Source: Pirellulales bacterium (GTDB lineage Bacteria > Planctomycetota > Planctomycetia > Pirellulales > UBA1268). From it: a stretch of DNA of 64,000 nucleotides. A model generated the notes under the pieces. That model searched no databases. It worked only from the letters and a program-made list of their open reading frames with translations, and was not told the DNA's origin. Below, piece by piece: positions 1 through 8,931 of this stretch. Location: NCBI GenBank assembly GCA_016779265.1, contig JADHNY010000009.1:1517-65516 (forward strand), read 5' to 3'. The translations under genes were made by a program, and so were the position numbers. Each line of letters starts with the position of its first letter. The stretch's first letter is position 1.

Positions 1-1
1 T

Positions 2-109
2 GCATCGCTGGAAAAGGTGATGCTGGAGAAGGGCGATGCCACCCCGTGCACCAGCGGCCGACAGGAACTCTTCGAGAACGTGATCAACCGTTATCTCGAT
101 AACGCCTGA
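2..109 (+). CDS. xylA: xylose isomerase, C-terminal fragment (gene runs off the window start)
   Basis: Frame 2 reads [35 protein letters not shown]. SGRQExxENxxNxY is the typical class II XylA C-terminus. Confidence 0.8.
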   Translation, partial: ASLEKVMLEKGDATPCTSGRQELFENVINRYLDNA

Positions 110-147
110 GCCGGCAACCAGTGCCGCTGCGGTGTCTCTAAGCAAGG

Positions 148-210
148 CCCTGCGAGCGACAGACCCTGCGAGCGACAGGGCCAGCAGAGACACTGGCCAG
201 CAGAGACATT
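148..210. repeat. two pairs of 16-bp tandem repeats between convergent genes
   Basis: ccctgcgagcgacaga/ccctgcgagcgacagg (148-179), then ggccagcagagacact/ggccagcagagacatt (179-210). Confidence 0.8.
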
Positions 211-214
211 GGGC

Positions 215-2890
215 CTAGCTGCGCTGAGCTGCAGCGGCTCTGAGGACAGCCTCGATCGCCGAGCGGATCTGCCGCCGGCGATCGGGGTCTTCCACTTTTC
301 CACCATCCTGCTCGGTCACATGGAAGGCGTCGACGACCTGATCGAGGTAGGTGCCGATCTTGGCGGCCTGCACCGACAGGCCTGCCTCATAGATCGCCCG
401 AGACACCGCATACAAGAGCCCGACTCGGTCGTGTGCGAACACTTCGATGATCGTCGTCGTCGTCGAACTCGAGTTGTCGATCCGCACGCGTGGAGGCATT
501 TCATCCGTCAACGCGGCAGGCTGATCGGGATCCTCATAGATCAGGGGGAACGACGGCCGCTGCCCGGAGCGGATCACCTCAGCAATCACCCGTTCAATTT
601 CCTGCATTCGGTGCGGTGGTGGCTCACCAACAGAGTCGGGGTCTTGAGCGACGAAATGGTCAATGACGACCTCATCGTTAAACGAGTGGATATCCGCCGA
701 GAGCACTGCCAGTCGCAGGCTCGAGAGAGCCCCAGTCACGCGATGAAACACGCCACGGATGATCGGCTTCCTTGCCGCAAATGTGACCCCAACCGTCGCC
801 GTCTCCGGATGCCACCGCGTGAGCACGAGGAGGTCGCCAGGCGGAAGCAGCACCACCCGCTCAAGCTCCTCCACCATCTGTGCTGGCTCGGTTGCCTGGA
901 GATAGGACGGCGTCAGCAGCCTCGACAGCCGCAGGACAGGCTCACCAACACCGCGTTCTGAGAGCAGCTGCTGCAGTTCCACCCGACGCTGGTCCGAGGG
1001 CCTCGTCGGACTCTCACCATCGAGGTACGCGAGCGTTCGATGGTAGAGATCTGAGAGCAGATCCGCTTTCCAACCGGTCCAGGTTCCCGGCCCCACCGCA
1101 CTCACATCCGCCACGGTCAGAATCGTCAGCATGCGGAGGACTTCCGGCGACTCCACATCGCGGGCGAACGCCACTACCAGACTCGGATCGCCAACATTTC
1201 TTCGAAAGGCAAGGTGGGCCATCAGCAGATGCTTTGCCACCAGCAGTTCGACGATCTCCGTCTCGTCCTCCGCAAGTCCCAGGCTGACAGCCATATCGCG
1301 GGCGATCGCAGCCCCCACCACACTGTGATCTCCTGGATGCCCCTTGCCGATGTCGTGCAGGAGCAGGGCGAGCAGGAGTGGACGCCGCCAACGGAGCGAC
1401 CGCCAGACGTCACCGAGCCAGCCCGGATCATCGGCCAGCTCCAAGCCGCGTTCCACCGTGTGCAGGCAATGCTCGTCAACGGTGAACTTGTGGTAGTTGT
1501 TGAACTGCAACAGGCCACGGGCATGCTCAAACGCAGGAATGAAATGCTCAAGCAGACCGATGCGGTGCATGGCCCGCAGGGAGTCGGCCAACCGGGTCGG
1601 ATGCTCAAACATCGCCAAGAACCGGAGTCGTGAGACGTCGTCCGGCACGCCTCCTGGTTCCTCGGCAGCCCACTGACACCGCACCGCCTCCCAGGCGTCG
1701 GTTTCCACGGGACGGTCGTGCCGCATAGACAGCTGCACAAGCTGCATGATCTCCGGCAGCGAACTCACCACCTCAGGCAAGGCTGATGGCCAGACGCCCA
1801 CGGTCTGTGGTCCAACACAAAAACGTCCCTCCACATCATGCCCGAGCAGACGATCGACAAGCTGACGTCTCCACGGCGGTGGCCCAAGCTGATTCTCAAG
1901 CCGAGAGAGGATCCGCATCACGCCCTGGGTGACACCGCAGTAGTCCCGCATGAACCGCTCAACAGCAAGCAGCCCGTCGCTCGAGACAATCCCGCGTTCG
2001 CCAGCAATCCGCGCCTGCTCTTCACGCGAGAGCTCATCGCTTCCTCGGCCTGCCGCGAGATGCAGATCGATTCGCACCCCGAGCAGAAATGACCTCGCTT
2101 CGCGGAGTGTGTCAGCATCAGCTGCCGAGAGGGCGTTTCGCAGCACGAGCCCACTGAACGTCGCTTCGCCCCAGGCAAGAAAGCCGATCCAGCGAACCAT
2201 CTGAATGTCGCGGAGGCCGCCGGGCGAGCGTTTCACGTTCGGCTGCAGCAGCGACGCAGAACGGCCATGCCGATCTCGCTCTTCCCCCCGCGCCCCGTAG
2301 AGCTGTTTGAGCAGACGCGGACGATGTCGCTCGACCAACACTCCCAGTCGCGACTGCAGCCGCTCGAGCACTCTACTCGGACCGGCAATCACCCGACTTT
2401 CTATCAGCGTGCTGAAGATCGTGGCGTCATGGGAGGCAAGTCCGACAGCTTCGGAAACGGTCCGCACGCTCTGCCCCACTTCCAGGCCAGCATCGAAAAG
2501 GTCCTGCAGCAGTTGCCGCGCGACCCCAGGCACCACGCTGTGCTGATCTCTCTCGTAGAGCAGCATCAGATCGACGTCGGAATAGGGCGCCATCTCTCGA
2601 CGCCCGAAGCCCCCGTGCGCAACCACCGCGACTTCTCTTCGGACAAAGGCTGCCGTCTCCGCAGGAAGTGCCTCGACCGTCGTGTGGAAGACATCCAGCA
2701 CGATCATCTCAAAGAGATCACTCGCAAGCGTGCAGATCTGTGTTCCTGGAGATCCCGCAGCCTGCTGAGCGGCAATCCGTTCACGAGCTTCGGCAACGCC
2801 GGCGGCAGCCCGCGCAACCACAGGCCGGGAGAGGGGAGGGGAGTCGGGCAGATGCTGATGGCTGGAGGTCACGCGTTGACTTCTTGTCAT
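215..2890 (-). CDS. glnD: [protein-PII] uridylyltransferase / uridylyl-removing enzyme
   Basis: NTase motif AHGGFGRREMAPYSDVDL, PNVKRSPGGLRDIQ, YHKFTVDEH, HD motif LLHDIGKG, C-terminal ACT domains (DRVGLLYAVS...VDAFHV); 891 aa. Confidence 0.95.
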   Translation of the reverse strand: MTRSQRVTSSHQHLPDSPPLSRPVVARAAAGVAEARERIAAQQAAGSPGTQICTLASDLFEMIVLDVFHTTVEALPAETAAFVRREVAVVAHGGFGRREMAPYSDVDLMLLYERDQHSVVPGVARQLLQDLFDAGLEVGQSVRTVSEAVGLASHDATIFSTLIESRVIAGPSRVLERLQSRLGVLVERHRPRLLKQLYGARGEERDRHGRSASLLQPNVKRSPGGLRDIQMVRWIGFLAWGEATFSGLVLRNALSAADADTLREARSFLLGVRIDLHLAAGRGSDELSREEQARIAGERGIVSSDGLLAVERFMRDYCGVTQGVMRILSRLENQLGPPPWRRQLVDRLLGHDVEGRFCVGPQTVGVWPSALPEVVSSLPEIMQLVQLSMRHDRPVETDAWEAVRCQWAAEEPGGVPDDVSRLRFLAMFEHPTRLADSLRAMHRIGLLEHFIPAFEHARGLLQFNNYHKFTVDEHCLHTVERGLELADDPGWLGDVWRSLRWRRPLLLALLLHDIGKGHPGDHSVVGAAIARDMAVSLGLAEDETEIVELLVAKHLLMAHLAFRRNVGDPSLVVAFARDVESPEVLRMLTILTVADVSAVGPGTWTGWKADLLSDLYHRTLAYLDGESPTRPSDQRRVELQQLLSERGVGEPVLRLSRLLTPSYLQATEPAQMVEELERVVLLPPGDLLVLTRWHPETATVGVTFAARKPIIRGVFHRVTGALSSLRLAVLSADIHSFNDEVVIDHFVAQDPDSVGEPPPHRMQEIERVIAEVIRSGQRPSFPLIYEDPDQPAALTDEMPPRVRIDNSSSTTTTIIEVFAHDRVGLLYAVSRAIYEAGLSVQAAKIGTYLDQVVDAFHVTEQDGGKVEDPDRRRQIRSAIEAVLRAAAAQRS

Positions 2891-2941
2891 TCACTGCTGG
2901 TTCGAAGGAGGTCGGCCGCCCGCAGACCTTTCCTTCCCGCT

Positions 2942-3481
2942 TTAGGCAGGATGCCAAGGATCATCTGCGGTGTCTGCCTGCGCGTTGGCATGCCTGGCGA
3001 GCACGAATAGCAGATCACCGAGACGATTGAGATACTCAATGGCTGCTGCAGGGATCACCGTCTCCGGCTCCGACGCCAGCGAAACCACGCGGCGTTCAGC
3101 CTTCCGGCAGACCGTCCTGGCAACATGCAACGCCGCGGCTGTTGGCGTTCCGGCTGGCAGGATGAAACAGTCAAGAGGCGCGAGCGTGGCATCGAACGTG
3201 TCGATCTCACGCTCGAGGGTCTCAACATGCTCCAGGCCAATCCGGTCTTGGGCCGGGTTGGGGGTCGCCAACTGAGCGCCCATCTCAAAAAGTTCGCACT
3301 GAACCCTCCGCAGCAGCGTATCCAAGCCGTCAGCCAGGGGCAGGGTGCGGACGACGCCCAGCTGGCTGTTGAGTTCATCGACCGTGCCGAACGCCTCAAT
3401 ACGCGCATGGTCTTTGCGAACTCGCGGACCTCCAAAGAGCCCCGTTTCACCCGCGTCGCCGGTCTTGGTGTAGATCTTCAT
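2942..3481 (-). CDS. PduO-type cob(I)alamin adenosyltransferase
   Basis: MKIYTKTGDAGETGL, RIEAFGTVDELNS, ARTVCRKAERR, YLNRLGDLLFVLAR; start moved to ATG 3481. Confidence 0.93.
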   Translation of the reverse strand: MKIYTKTGDAGETGLFGGPRVRKDHARIEAFGTVDELNSQLGVVRTLPLADGLDTLLRRVQCELFEMGAQLATPNPAQDRIGLEHVETLEREIDTFDATLAPLDCFILPAGTPTAAALHVARTVCRKAERRVVSLASEPETVIPAAAIEYLNRLGDLLFVLARHANAQADTADDPWHPA

Positions 3482-3570
3482 GCCAGGTCGTCCCACTGCC
3501 TTCCTTGGGGGTCGCTGATTGTCGGCTCATCCACCGAGCCGTCAGGCCGAGGCGTTCGCCCGCCGCGGTC

Positions 3571-3576
3571 TATACT
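3571..3576 (+). promoter_or_regulatory. putative sigma70 -10 element
   Basis: cTATACT about 50-70 nt upstream of the PD40 gene; the same heptamer occurs at 6575, 8862 and 21851. Confidence 0.45.
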
Positions 3577-3625
3577 GTGGGTGATCAGGCCTTGAGTCTG
3601 CAAACTGGTTTCTTCCGACCGCCGT

Positions 3626-4873
3626 GTGAGGCTCTCTGCCATGCTCTTTCGCCAACGCCACACCCATCGCCGTCGCTCACCTGCGGACTCCAACTGGCAG
3701 ACTGCGGGCATCACAACCGCAGCCGCTATCAGTTCAGCGGCCGTGATGATCGGGAGCATACTTGCGGTCGGTCCGGCGGATGGACTGGCTGCCGAAGATT
3801 CACCTGCTTCCAAGCTGGAAGAGGCGTTCTTCGCTGCCCCAACCCAGATGACGTTTGGGGCGACCAAGGCAGGCGAGGGCTACTTTTCACCAGACTCACG
3901 GACGATCTGCTACCAGGCGATCCCACAGGGCTACCCCTTTTACCAGATCTATCTGCAGCCGATTGACCTCACCGCACCACGTCCCACCACGCCACTGAGA
4001 ATCAGCACTGGCCGCGGCCGAACCACCTGTAGCTGGTTCGCACCAGACGGCTCACGGCTGCTGTTTGCCTCGAGTCACCTCGATCCCGCCCTCGATGCCA
4101 CGGAAGAGGCTGCTCGACGCCAGGCCGCCGAGGATGCGGCCAGTGGACGACGTCGTCGCTACGCATGGGACTTCGATCCAGCGATGGAGATCTTCACGGC
4201 ACCGCTCGACGGCGATGGCAAGGCGGGGGACCCCGCCAGCTTCACTCGTCTCACCTCAGCCGCAGGCTACGACGCGGAATGCTCGTTCTCGCCCGATGGC
4301 TCACAGGTCCTCTTCGTCAGCGACCGCGACGGCGATCCCGACATCTATCTGATGAACGCAGACGGCAGTGATGTGCGACAACTGACTAACCAGCCAGGCT
4401 ACGACGGCGGCCCGTTCTTCTCGCCAGACGGAAAGTGGATTACCTACCGGACCGACCGCATTGAGAAAGACCGGCTGCACATCCATGTAATGCGGGCTGA
4501 TGGCTCAGCCGACATGGCGGTCACTGCCGGTGAGAGCGTGGAATGGGCACCCTACTGGCATCCGTCCAAGCCCTGGCTGATCTGGACCGGGGCAGACCAC
4601 TCCGACCCCACCGCTCGGCCAAACTACGATCTCTGGATCTCCCGGTATTCCGTCGATACCGCAGGAAACGGGCTCTCGTGGACACCACCGGTGCGGCTCA
4701 CTGACCATCCGTCTGCCGACGTGTTGCCGGTTTTTTCACCTGACGGGCTGCATCTGCTCTGGACGGCAGGCCGATCGGAGGATCGATCGAGCCAGCTCTG
4801 GCTCGCAAGACTCGATCTTGTGGCCATCGAGCAGGCCATCAACGCTGCGGAAGATTCCGCCTTGCAGCCCTAA
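3626..4873 (+). CDS. TolB-like PD40/WD40 beta-propeller protein, probably exported (start uncertain)
   Basis: Repeated FSPDG motifs (EGYFSPD, DAECSFSPDG, DGGPFFSPDGKWI, PVFSPDG); N-terminal hydrophobic signal-like stretch. Confidence 0.85.
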   Translation: MRLSAMLFRQRHTHRRRSPADSNWQTAGITTAAAISSAAVMIGSILAVGPADGLAAEDSPASKLEEAFFAAPTQMTFGATKAGEGYFSPDSRTICYQAIPQGYPFYQIYLQPIDLTAPRPTTPLRISTGRGRTTCSWFAPDGSRLLFASSHLDPALDATEEAARRQAAEDAASGRRRRYAWDFDPAMEIFTAPLDGDGKAGDPASFTRLTSAAGYDAECSFSPDGSQVLFVSDRDGDPDIYLMNADGSDVRQLTNQPGYDGGPFFSPDGKWITYRTDRIEKDRLHIHVMRADGSADMAVTAGESVEWAPYWHPSKPWLIWTGADHSDPTARPNYDLWISRYSVDTAGNGLSWTPPVRLTDHPSADVLPVFSPDGLHLLWTAGRSEDRSSQLWLARLDLVAIEQAINAAEDSALQP

Positions 4874-4905
4874 CGTTCCGCACCTTCTTCCGGAAAGCCT
4901 TTCTC

Positions 4906-5748
4906 GTGACCAGCGTCTCTGCTTCCTCAACCGCCGGCCAGCAACTCACCATGATCGGAGCGGGCCAGATGGCCCTTGCCCTGGCCTCGGGGTTTTGTCG
5001 CAGCGGGCAGATTGAGGCCTCAGACATTCGCTTCTACGACCCGTCACCCGAGTCGAGCGAGCGATTTCTCGCCGCTGTTCCTGGTGCCCAGCAGGACCGC
5101 GACGCGGCGGCAGCTTCCGAGGCCGCAGACCTCATCTTCCTCGCCGTCAAGCCGCAGCATGCCGAAGATGCCTGTCGCAGTCTGGCGGGAACGCTCGACG
5201 CCTCCGCGACGGTCGTCTCGGTAATCGCTGGCGTACTGATCGATCAGCTCGCCGAGTGGCTGGGCAGCTCGCGGGTGATCCGAGTGATGCCCAACACCCC
5301 ATGCCTCGTCGGCCGTGGCGTCCTTGCGGTGGCATCAGGCGATGCAGTTTCCCCCGCGATGACCGAACAGGTCTGCAGCCTGCTCTCCACCGTGGGCCAT
5401 GTGCACACGCTGCCAGAGAAACTGCTCGATGCAGTCACCGGACTTTCTGGCTCAGGGCCTGGCTATGTGGCAGTGATTGTTGAGGCCCTGGCCGACGGTG
5501 GCGTACTGGCCGGCCTGCCGCGCGGACTCGCTCGTCAACTAGCCGTACAGACGCTTGCAGGCACCGCTGCACTGATCGAAGCCACCGACGAACATCCGGC
5601 GAGCCTGAAAGACCGCGTTGCAAGCCCAGCGGGCACCACGATTGCGGGGCTGGCAACGCTTGAGCGGATGGGCCTACGTGCGGCGCTGATCGAAGCCGTC
5701 AAAGCCGCCGCCGACCGCTCTGCCGAACTGGCGAGCCCGAAGGACTGA
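4906..5748 (+). CDS. proC: pyrroline-5-carboxylate reductase
   Basis: IGAGQMA, LAVKPQ, RVMPNTP, TGLSGSGPGY, VASPAGTTIAGL. Confidence 0.96.
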   Translation: MTSVSASSTAGQQLTMIGAGQMALALASGFCRSGQIEASDIRFYDPSPESSERFLAAVPGAQQDRDAAAASEAADLIFLAVKPQHAEDACRSLAGTLDASATVVSVIAGVLIDQLAEWLGSSRVIRVMPNTPCLVGRGVLAVASGDAVSPAMTEQVCSLLSTVGHVHTLPEKLLDAVTGLSGSGPGYVAVIVEALADGGVLAGLPRGLARQLAVQTLAGTAALIEATDEHPASLKDRVASPAGTTIAGLATLERMGLRAALIEAVKAAADRSAELASPKD

Positions 5749-5775
5749 TCGGAGCGGTGACGCCCCGGCCAGCGA

Positions 5776-5997
5776 CTACGACTTTGCCTTTTTCTTCGCT
5801 CCAGCAGCCTTCTTGGCGGCTGGCTTCTTCGTCACGGGCTTCTTGACAGCCGCCTTTTTGGTGCCGGCTTTCTTGGAGGCGGCCTTCTTAGAAGCTGCAT
5901 TGCCTCGACGCCCGCTGCCTGTTCCGCCACCCGCACCAAAGATCGCTTCCCAACCGTCGGCGTAACTGCTGGTGGAACCGACTCGAATAATGGACAT
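5776..5997 (-). CDS. small basic protein with Lys/Ala-rich tail
   Basis: MSIIRVGSTSSYADGWEAIFG followed by a Gly linker and KKAA repeats; fills the space between proC and the next gene. Confidence 0.7.
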   Translation of the reverse strand: MSIIRVGSTSSYADGWEAIFGAGGGTGSGRRGNAASKKAASKKAGTKKAAVKKPVTKKPAAKKAAGAKKKAKS

Positions 5998-6096
5998 GCT
6001 CAGATGACTCCCAGAACCTGCGGCGTGTGACACTTCAGGCGTGTCGAGGATGCTGCCGCTGTGAAGCGTCGTCCTATCGCGACAGGCCTGATGCCG

Positions 6097-6480
6097 TCAA
6101 GCGTTGTTTTCCTGAGGCAGCGTCGCTTGTTCTCGTTCATCAATCTCGAGCAGCACCTCTCCGTAGACCGCCGGCAGTGGCAGACGACCGGTGGGCGGCG
6201 GTGCTGCTGCATCCCCGATCACAGAAAACTCCAATGAGTTGCGACGGGCGAGCAGCTGCGTGACCTCCCAGGCCGATCGATCTTCGTCAACGCTCGCGGC
6301 CGCCCCCAGCAGCCGCCCGTTGAGACTCGGCTGCAGATCGGTCCGTCCCCCCACGACCACCAGCCAGACCTGAGCTCCGCCATCGAGCCCGGACGGCATC
6401 CCAAAACTCCGCAGCCAGCCCCCTGTCTCCGATTGTTCCCAGGCGGCTGTCAGCCGGATCTCGTGCACACCTTCAGCCAT
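6097..6480 (-). CDS. hypothetical protein; stand-alone galactose-binding-like (GH2 N-terminal-like) jelly-roll domain
   Basis: Pattern IRL..AW...W.RSF..P...VWL...SLNG..LG...WEVT.LL...N.L resembles GH2 sugar-binding N-domains. Confidence 0.6.
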   Translation of the reverse strand: MAEGVHEIRLTAAWEQSETGGWLRSFGMPSGLDGGAQVWLVVVGGRTDLQPSLNGRLLGAAASVDEDRSAWEVTQLLARRNSLEFSVIGDAAAPPPTGRLPLPAVYGEVLLEIDEREQATLPQENNA

Positions 6481-6572
6481 TGGGCACTCTGCTCCTCCTG
6501 CCGGGTGTCACAGGATCGAGCATCACCCCGAGGGCGACTGACGCCACCGTCCAATCCTGATCACACGCCGGC

Positions 6573-6581
6573 TGCTATACT
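6573..6581 (+). promoter_or_regulatory. putative extended -10 promoter of trxA
   Basis: TGcTATACT 75 nt upstream of the trxA ATG; AAGGAG Shine-Dalgarno-like sequence at about 6641. Confidence 0.55.
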
Positions 6582-6655
6582 GCCGTCACTGCGGTCGGTT
6601 CACAAGAACCAGCAGACAAAGACAATGCCTACAGCCAATCAAGGAGAGCCAGCGG

Positions 6656-6982
6656 ATGGGGAATGCCCTCGAGTTCACCGACGACAACTTTCAGCAGGAA
6701 GTCCTCAGCGCCGACGTGCCCGTGCTGGTCGATTTCTGGGCTCCGTGGTGCGGTCCGTGCCGAATGATCGGCCCGGTCATTGATGAACTCGCCGCTGAGA
6801 ATGAAGGCACCTGCCGGATCGGCAAGGTGAACGTCGATGAGAACAGCAGCACGGCGATGGCCTACAACGTGGCCAGCATCCCGGCGATCATGATTTTCAA
6901 GGGCGGCCAGCTTGTACAGCAGTTCATGGGCGTTCAGCCCAAGGAACGCCTGCAGCAGGCGCTCGATGAGGCCAAGGGGTAG
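6656..6982 (+). CDS. trxA: thioredoxin
   Basis: VLVDFWAPWCGPCRM active site; 108 aa. Confidence 0.97.
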   Translation: MGNALEFTDDNFQQEVLSADVPVLVDFWAPWCGPCRMIGPVIDELAAENEGTCRIGKVNVDENSSTAMAYNVASIPAIMIFKGGQLVQQFMGVQPKERLQQALDEAKG

Positions 6983-7033
6983 TCGCTGCGACGAGGTCGC
7001 CTCGCTTCTTTCAATCTGTAGCGAGAACATAAG

Positions 7034-7073
7034 AGGGGCGGGCAACCAGTTTTGGTCGCCCGCCCCTTTTTTT
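7034..7073 (+). terminator. intrinsic terminator after trxA (possibly bidirectional)
   Basis: aggggcgggc-aaccagttttggtc-gcccgcccct hairpin followed by a T run, between convergent genes. Confidence 0.85.
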
Positions 7074-7119
7074 GTCTCGGCATACTCGTCACGAACGACC
7101 GCAACCGCTCCTGCGGTGC

Positions 7120-8559
7120 TCAGCAGGCTGCTGGCACCGGCTCATGGTCGAGATACTGTGACAGGTGGCCGTCAACACCTGGGTCACGAAGCTTTTCCAC
7201 AGCCTTCGCTTCGATCTGTCGAACGCGTTCACGCGTCACACTGAAGATCGATCCAACCTCCTCGAGGGTGTAGGAGTAGCCATCGGCAAGCCCGAAGCGG
7301 AGCCGCAGGATCTCTCGCTCTCGGTAGCTCAGCCCAGCGAGCGCCTGGCCAATCGACCGTTTGAGCGACTGCTGTTTCAGTCCGAGCAGCGGGTCATCCT
7401 GGCGGTGATCCTCAACCACGTCACGAAAGGAAGCGGTCTCATCCTCGCCCGCAGGCTGATCGAGCGACGACGGCTGCCGAGACATCCGCCAGACGCACAA
7501 CGTCTCTTCGTGTGTGAGGCCCGACACCTCCGCGAGTTCCTCGACGGTGGGCTCGCGTCCGTTGACCTGGAGGAAATCGCGGGTCAAGTTCCGCAGTCGC
7601 GTCATCGTGTCGATCATGTGTACGGGCACGCGGATCGTGCGGCTTTGATCGGCGATCGCTCGGGTGATCGCCTGCCTGATCCACCAGGTGGCGTAGGTGG
7701 AGAACTTGAAACCGCGGGCATGTTCGAACTTATCGACAGCCCTCATCAGGCCTGCATTTCCCTCCTGAATCAGATCGAGGAAGTTCATGCCCCGGTTGCG
7801 ATATCGCTTGGCGATTGAGACCACCAGCCGCAGGTTACCGGCAGCAAGGTCTCGCTTCGCCTTGTCATAGCGAGTCTGCAGCGTGCTCAGCCGTGCCAGC
7901 CGACGCGAGAGCGTTGGTCGCGTTTCCCGCGTTCGCCAGAGGAGACGTCGCTCATCCTGTGTGAACGGTCCGTTCCGCTCAGCACCAGCTGCATGGAGTC
8001 CCAACTGACGGCCCATACTGCGGAGCTGTTCCAGGAGTGGATAGAGCCGCTGGATTCGCAGATGGAGTTCCTCAACCAGCCGAACCGCCTTATTCCGCTG
8101 ACGAACAAGCCGCTTCCAGGCCTGCCGCCGCACCTTCATCGTGGCCTTTCGCGAGGTTGCCAGCCGGAACAGGTCGCGATGCTCATCCTCAAGGCGATGC
8201 AGCGTGACCAGATTGGGCCCGAGACGTTCGAGGATCCGCTTCTTCTCCTTGGTGTCGGTCACCGCCACTTCGATGGTGCGGTCAAGCCGTAGCGTGCCCT
8301 CGTGAACCCGCTCAAGCAGACGGATGGCCCCACCTCGCACAAAGTCGTTCTCGAGCAGGGTGTGCCGAAACTGCCGTCGCCACCGTTCGATCTCCTTGGC
8401 GTTCTGAACCTCTGTCTCACGCGTCAGCAAGGGAATCCCGCCCATCTGGCTCAGGTAGAGCCGAACTGGGTCTTCCGTCACGCCAATCAGGTCAGCCTGA
8501 CGGGCTCGAGTGCGGCTCACAGCTGCGGTGGGAGGGGCATCAAGGGTGGTTGAGGGCAT
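7120..8559 (-). CDS. RpoD-family (sigma70 group 1/2-like) RNA polymerase sigma factor lacking region 1.1
   Basis: Region 1.2 [71 protein letters not shown], region 4 TLEEVG...TRERVRQIE; ATG 8559 preferred. Confidence 0.93.
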   Translation of the reverse strand: MPSTTLDAPPTAAVSRTRARQADLIGVTEDPVRLYLSQMGGIPLLTRETEVQNAKEIERWRRQFRHTLLENDFVRGGAIRLLERVHEGTLRLDRTIEVAVTDTKEKKRILERLGPNLVTLHRLEDEHRDLFRLATSRKATMKVRRQAWKRLVRQRNKAVRLVEELHLRIQRLYPLLEQLRSMGRQLGLHAAGAERNGPFTQDERRLLWRTRETRPTLSRRLARLSTLQTRYDKAKRDLAAGNLRLVVSIAKRYRNRGMNFLDLIQEGNAGLMRAVDKFEHARGFKFSTYATWWIRQAITRAIADQSRTIRVPVHMIDTMTRLRNLTRDFLQVNGREPTVEELAEVSGLTHEETLCVWRMSRQPSSLDQPAGEDETASFRDVVEDHRQDDPLLGLKQQSLKRSIGQALAGLSYREREILRLRFGLADGYSYTLEEVGSIFSVTRERVRQIEAKAVEKLRDPGVDGHLSQYLDHEPVPAAC

Positions 8560-8630
8560 GGCCGCGGTAGCTCCAGGGAAACACTCGAAGGCCTGCGGTC
8601 GGACCACCGCACGGCTCAGATGTGTTCAAA

Positions 8631-8647
8631 AGCAGCTCTCATGCCAA
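8631..8647 (-). promoter_or_regulatory. putative sigma54 (-24/-12) promoter of the sigma factor gene
   Basis: Minus strand TTGGCATGAGAGCTGCT has exact GG-N10-GC spacing against TGGCACGNNNNTTGCW, about 70 nt upstream of the start. Confidence 0.6.
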
Positions 8648-8855
8648 AACCTGGCTCAGCGACAGTACCTCGCCTTTTCACGAAGGAAACGGGCATTCGG
8701 ACCGAACGACTCAGCGGCTGTTGTTCCCTGCGGGCAACAGGCGACGACACCACTGTCGCCCTGCGGCGACACCCCTTGCGAATGGCCCGTCTCCGAAAAA
8801 ACATCAGAGAAGCCGCAAAAAATCCGAAAAAACGGCCTCCCAGGGAAAGGGGGTG

Positions 8856-8880
8856 GCATGGCTATACTCCCTGGCCATGC
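8856..8880. promoter_or_regulatory. inverted repeat enclosing a TATACT -10 element
   Basis: GGCATGGC-tatactcctg-GCCATGCC-like palindrome, about 60 nt upstream of ATG 8932. Confidence 0.45.
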
Positions 8881-8931
8881 CCGTCGACTACGGCGGGCCT
8901 GACGATTTGTCCACGCGTCAAGGGTATCCCC

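Noticed and set aside
148-210. Short repeats as a possible mini-CRISPR
   Set aside because: 16-bp units are directly adjacent, with no spacers and no cas genes.
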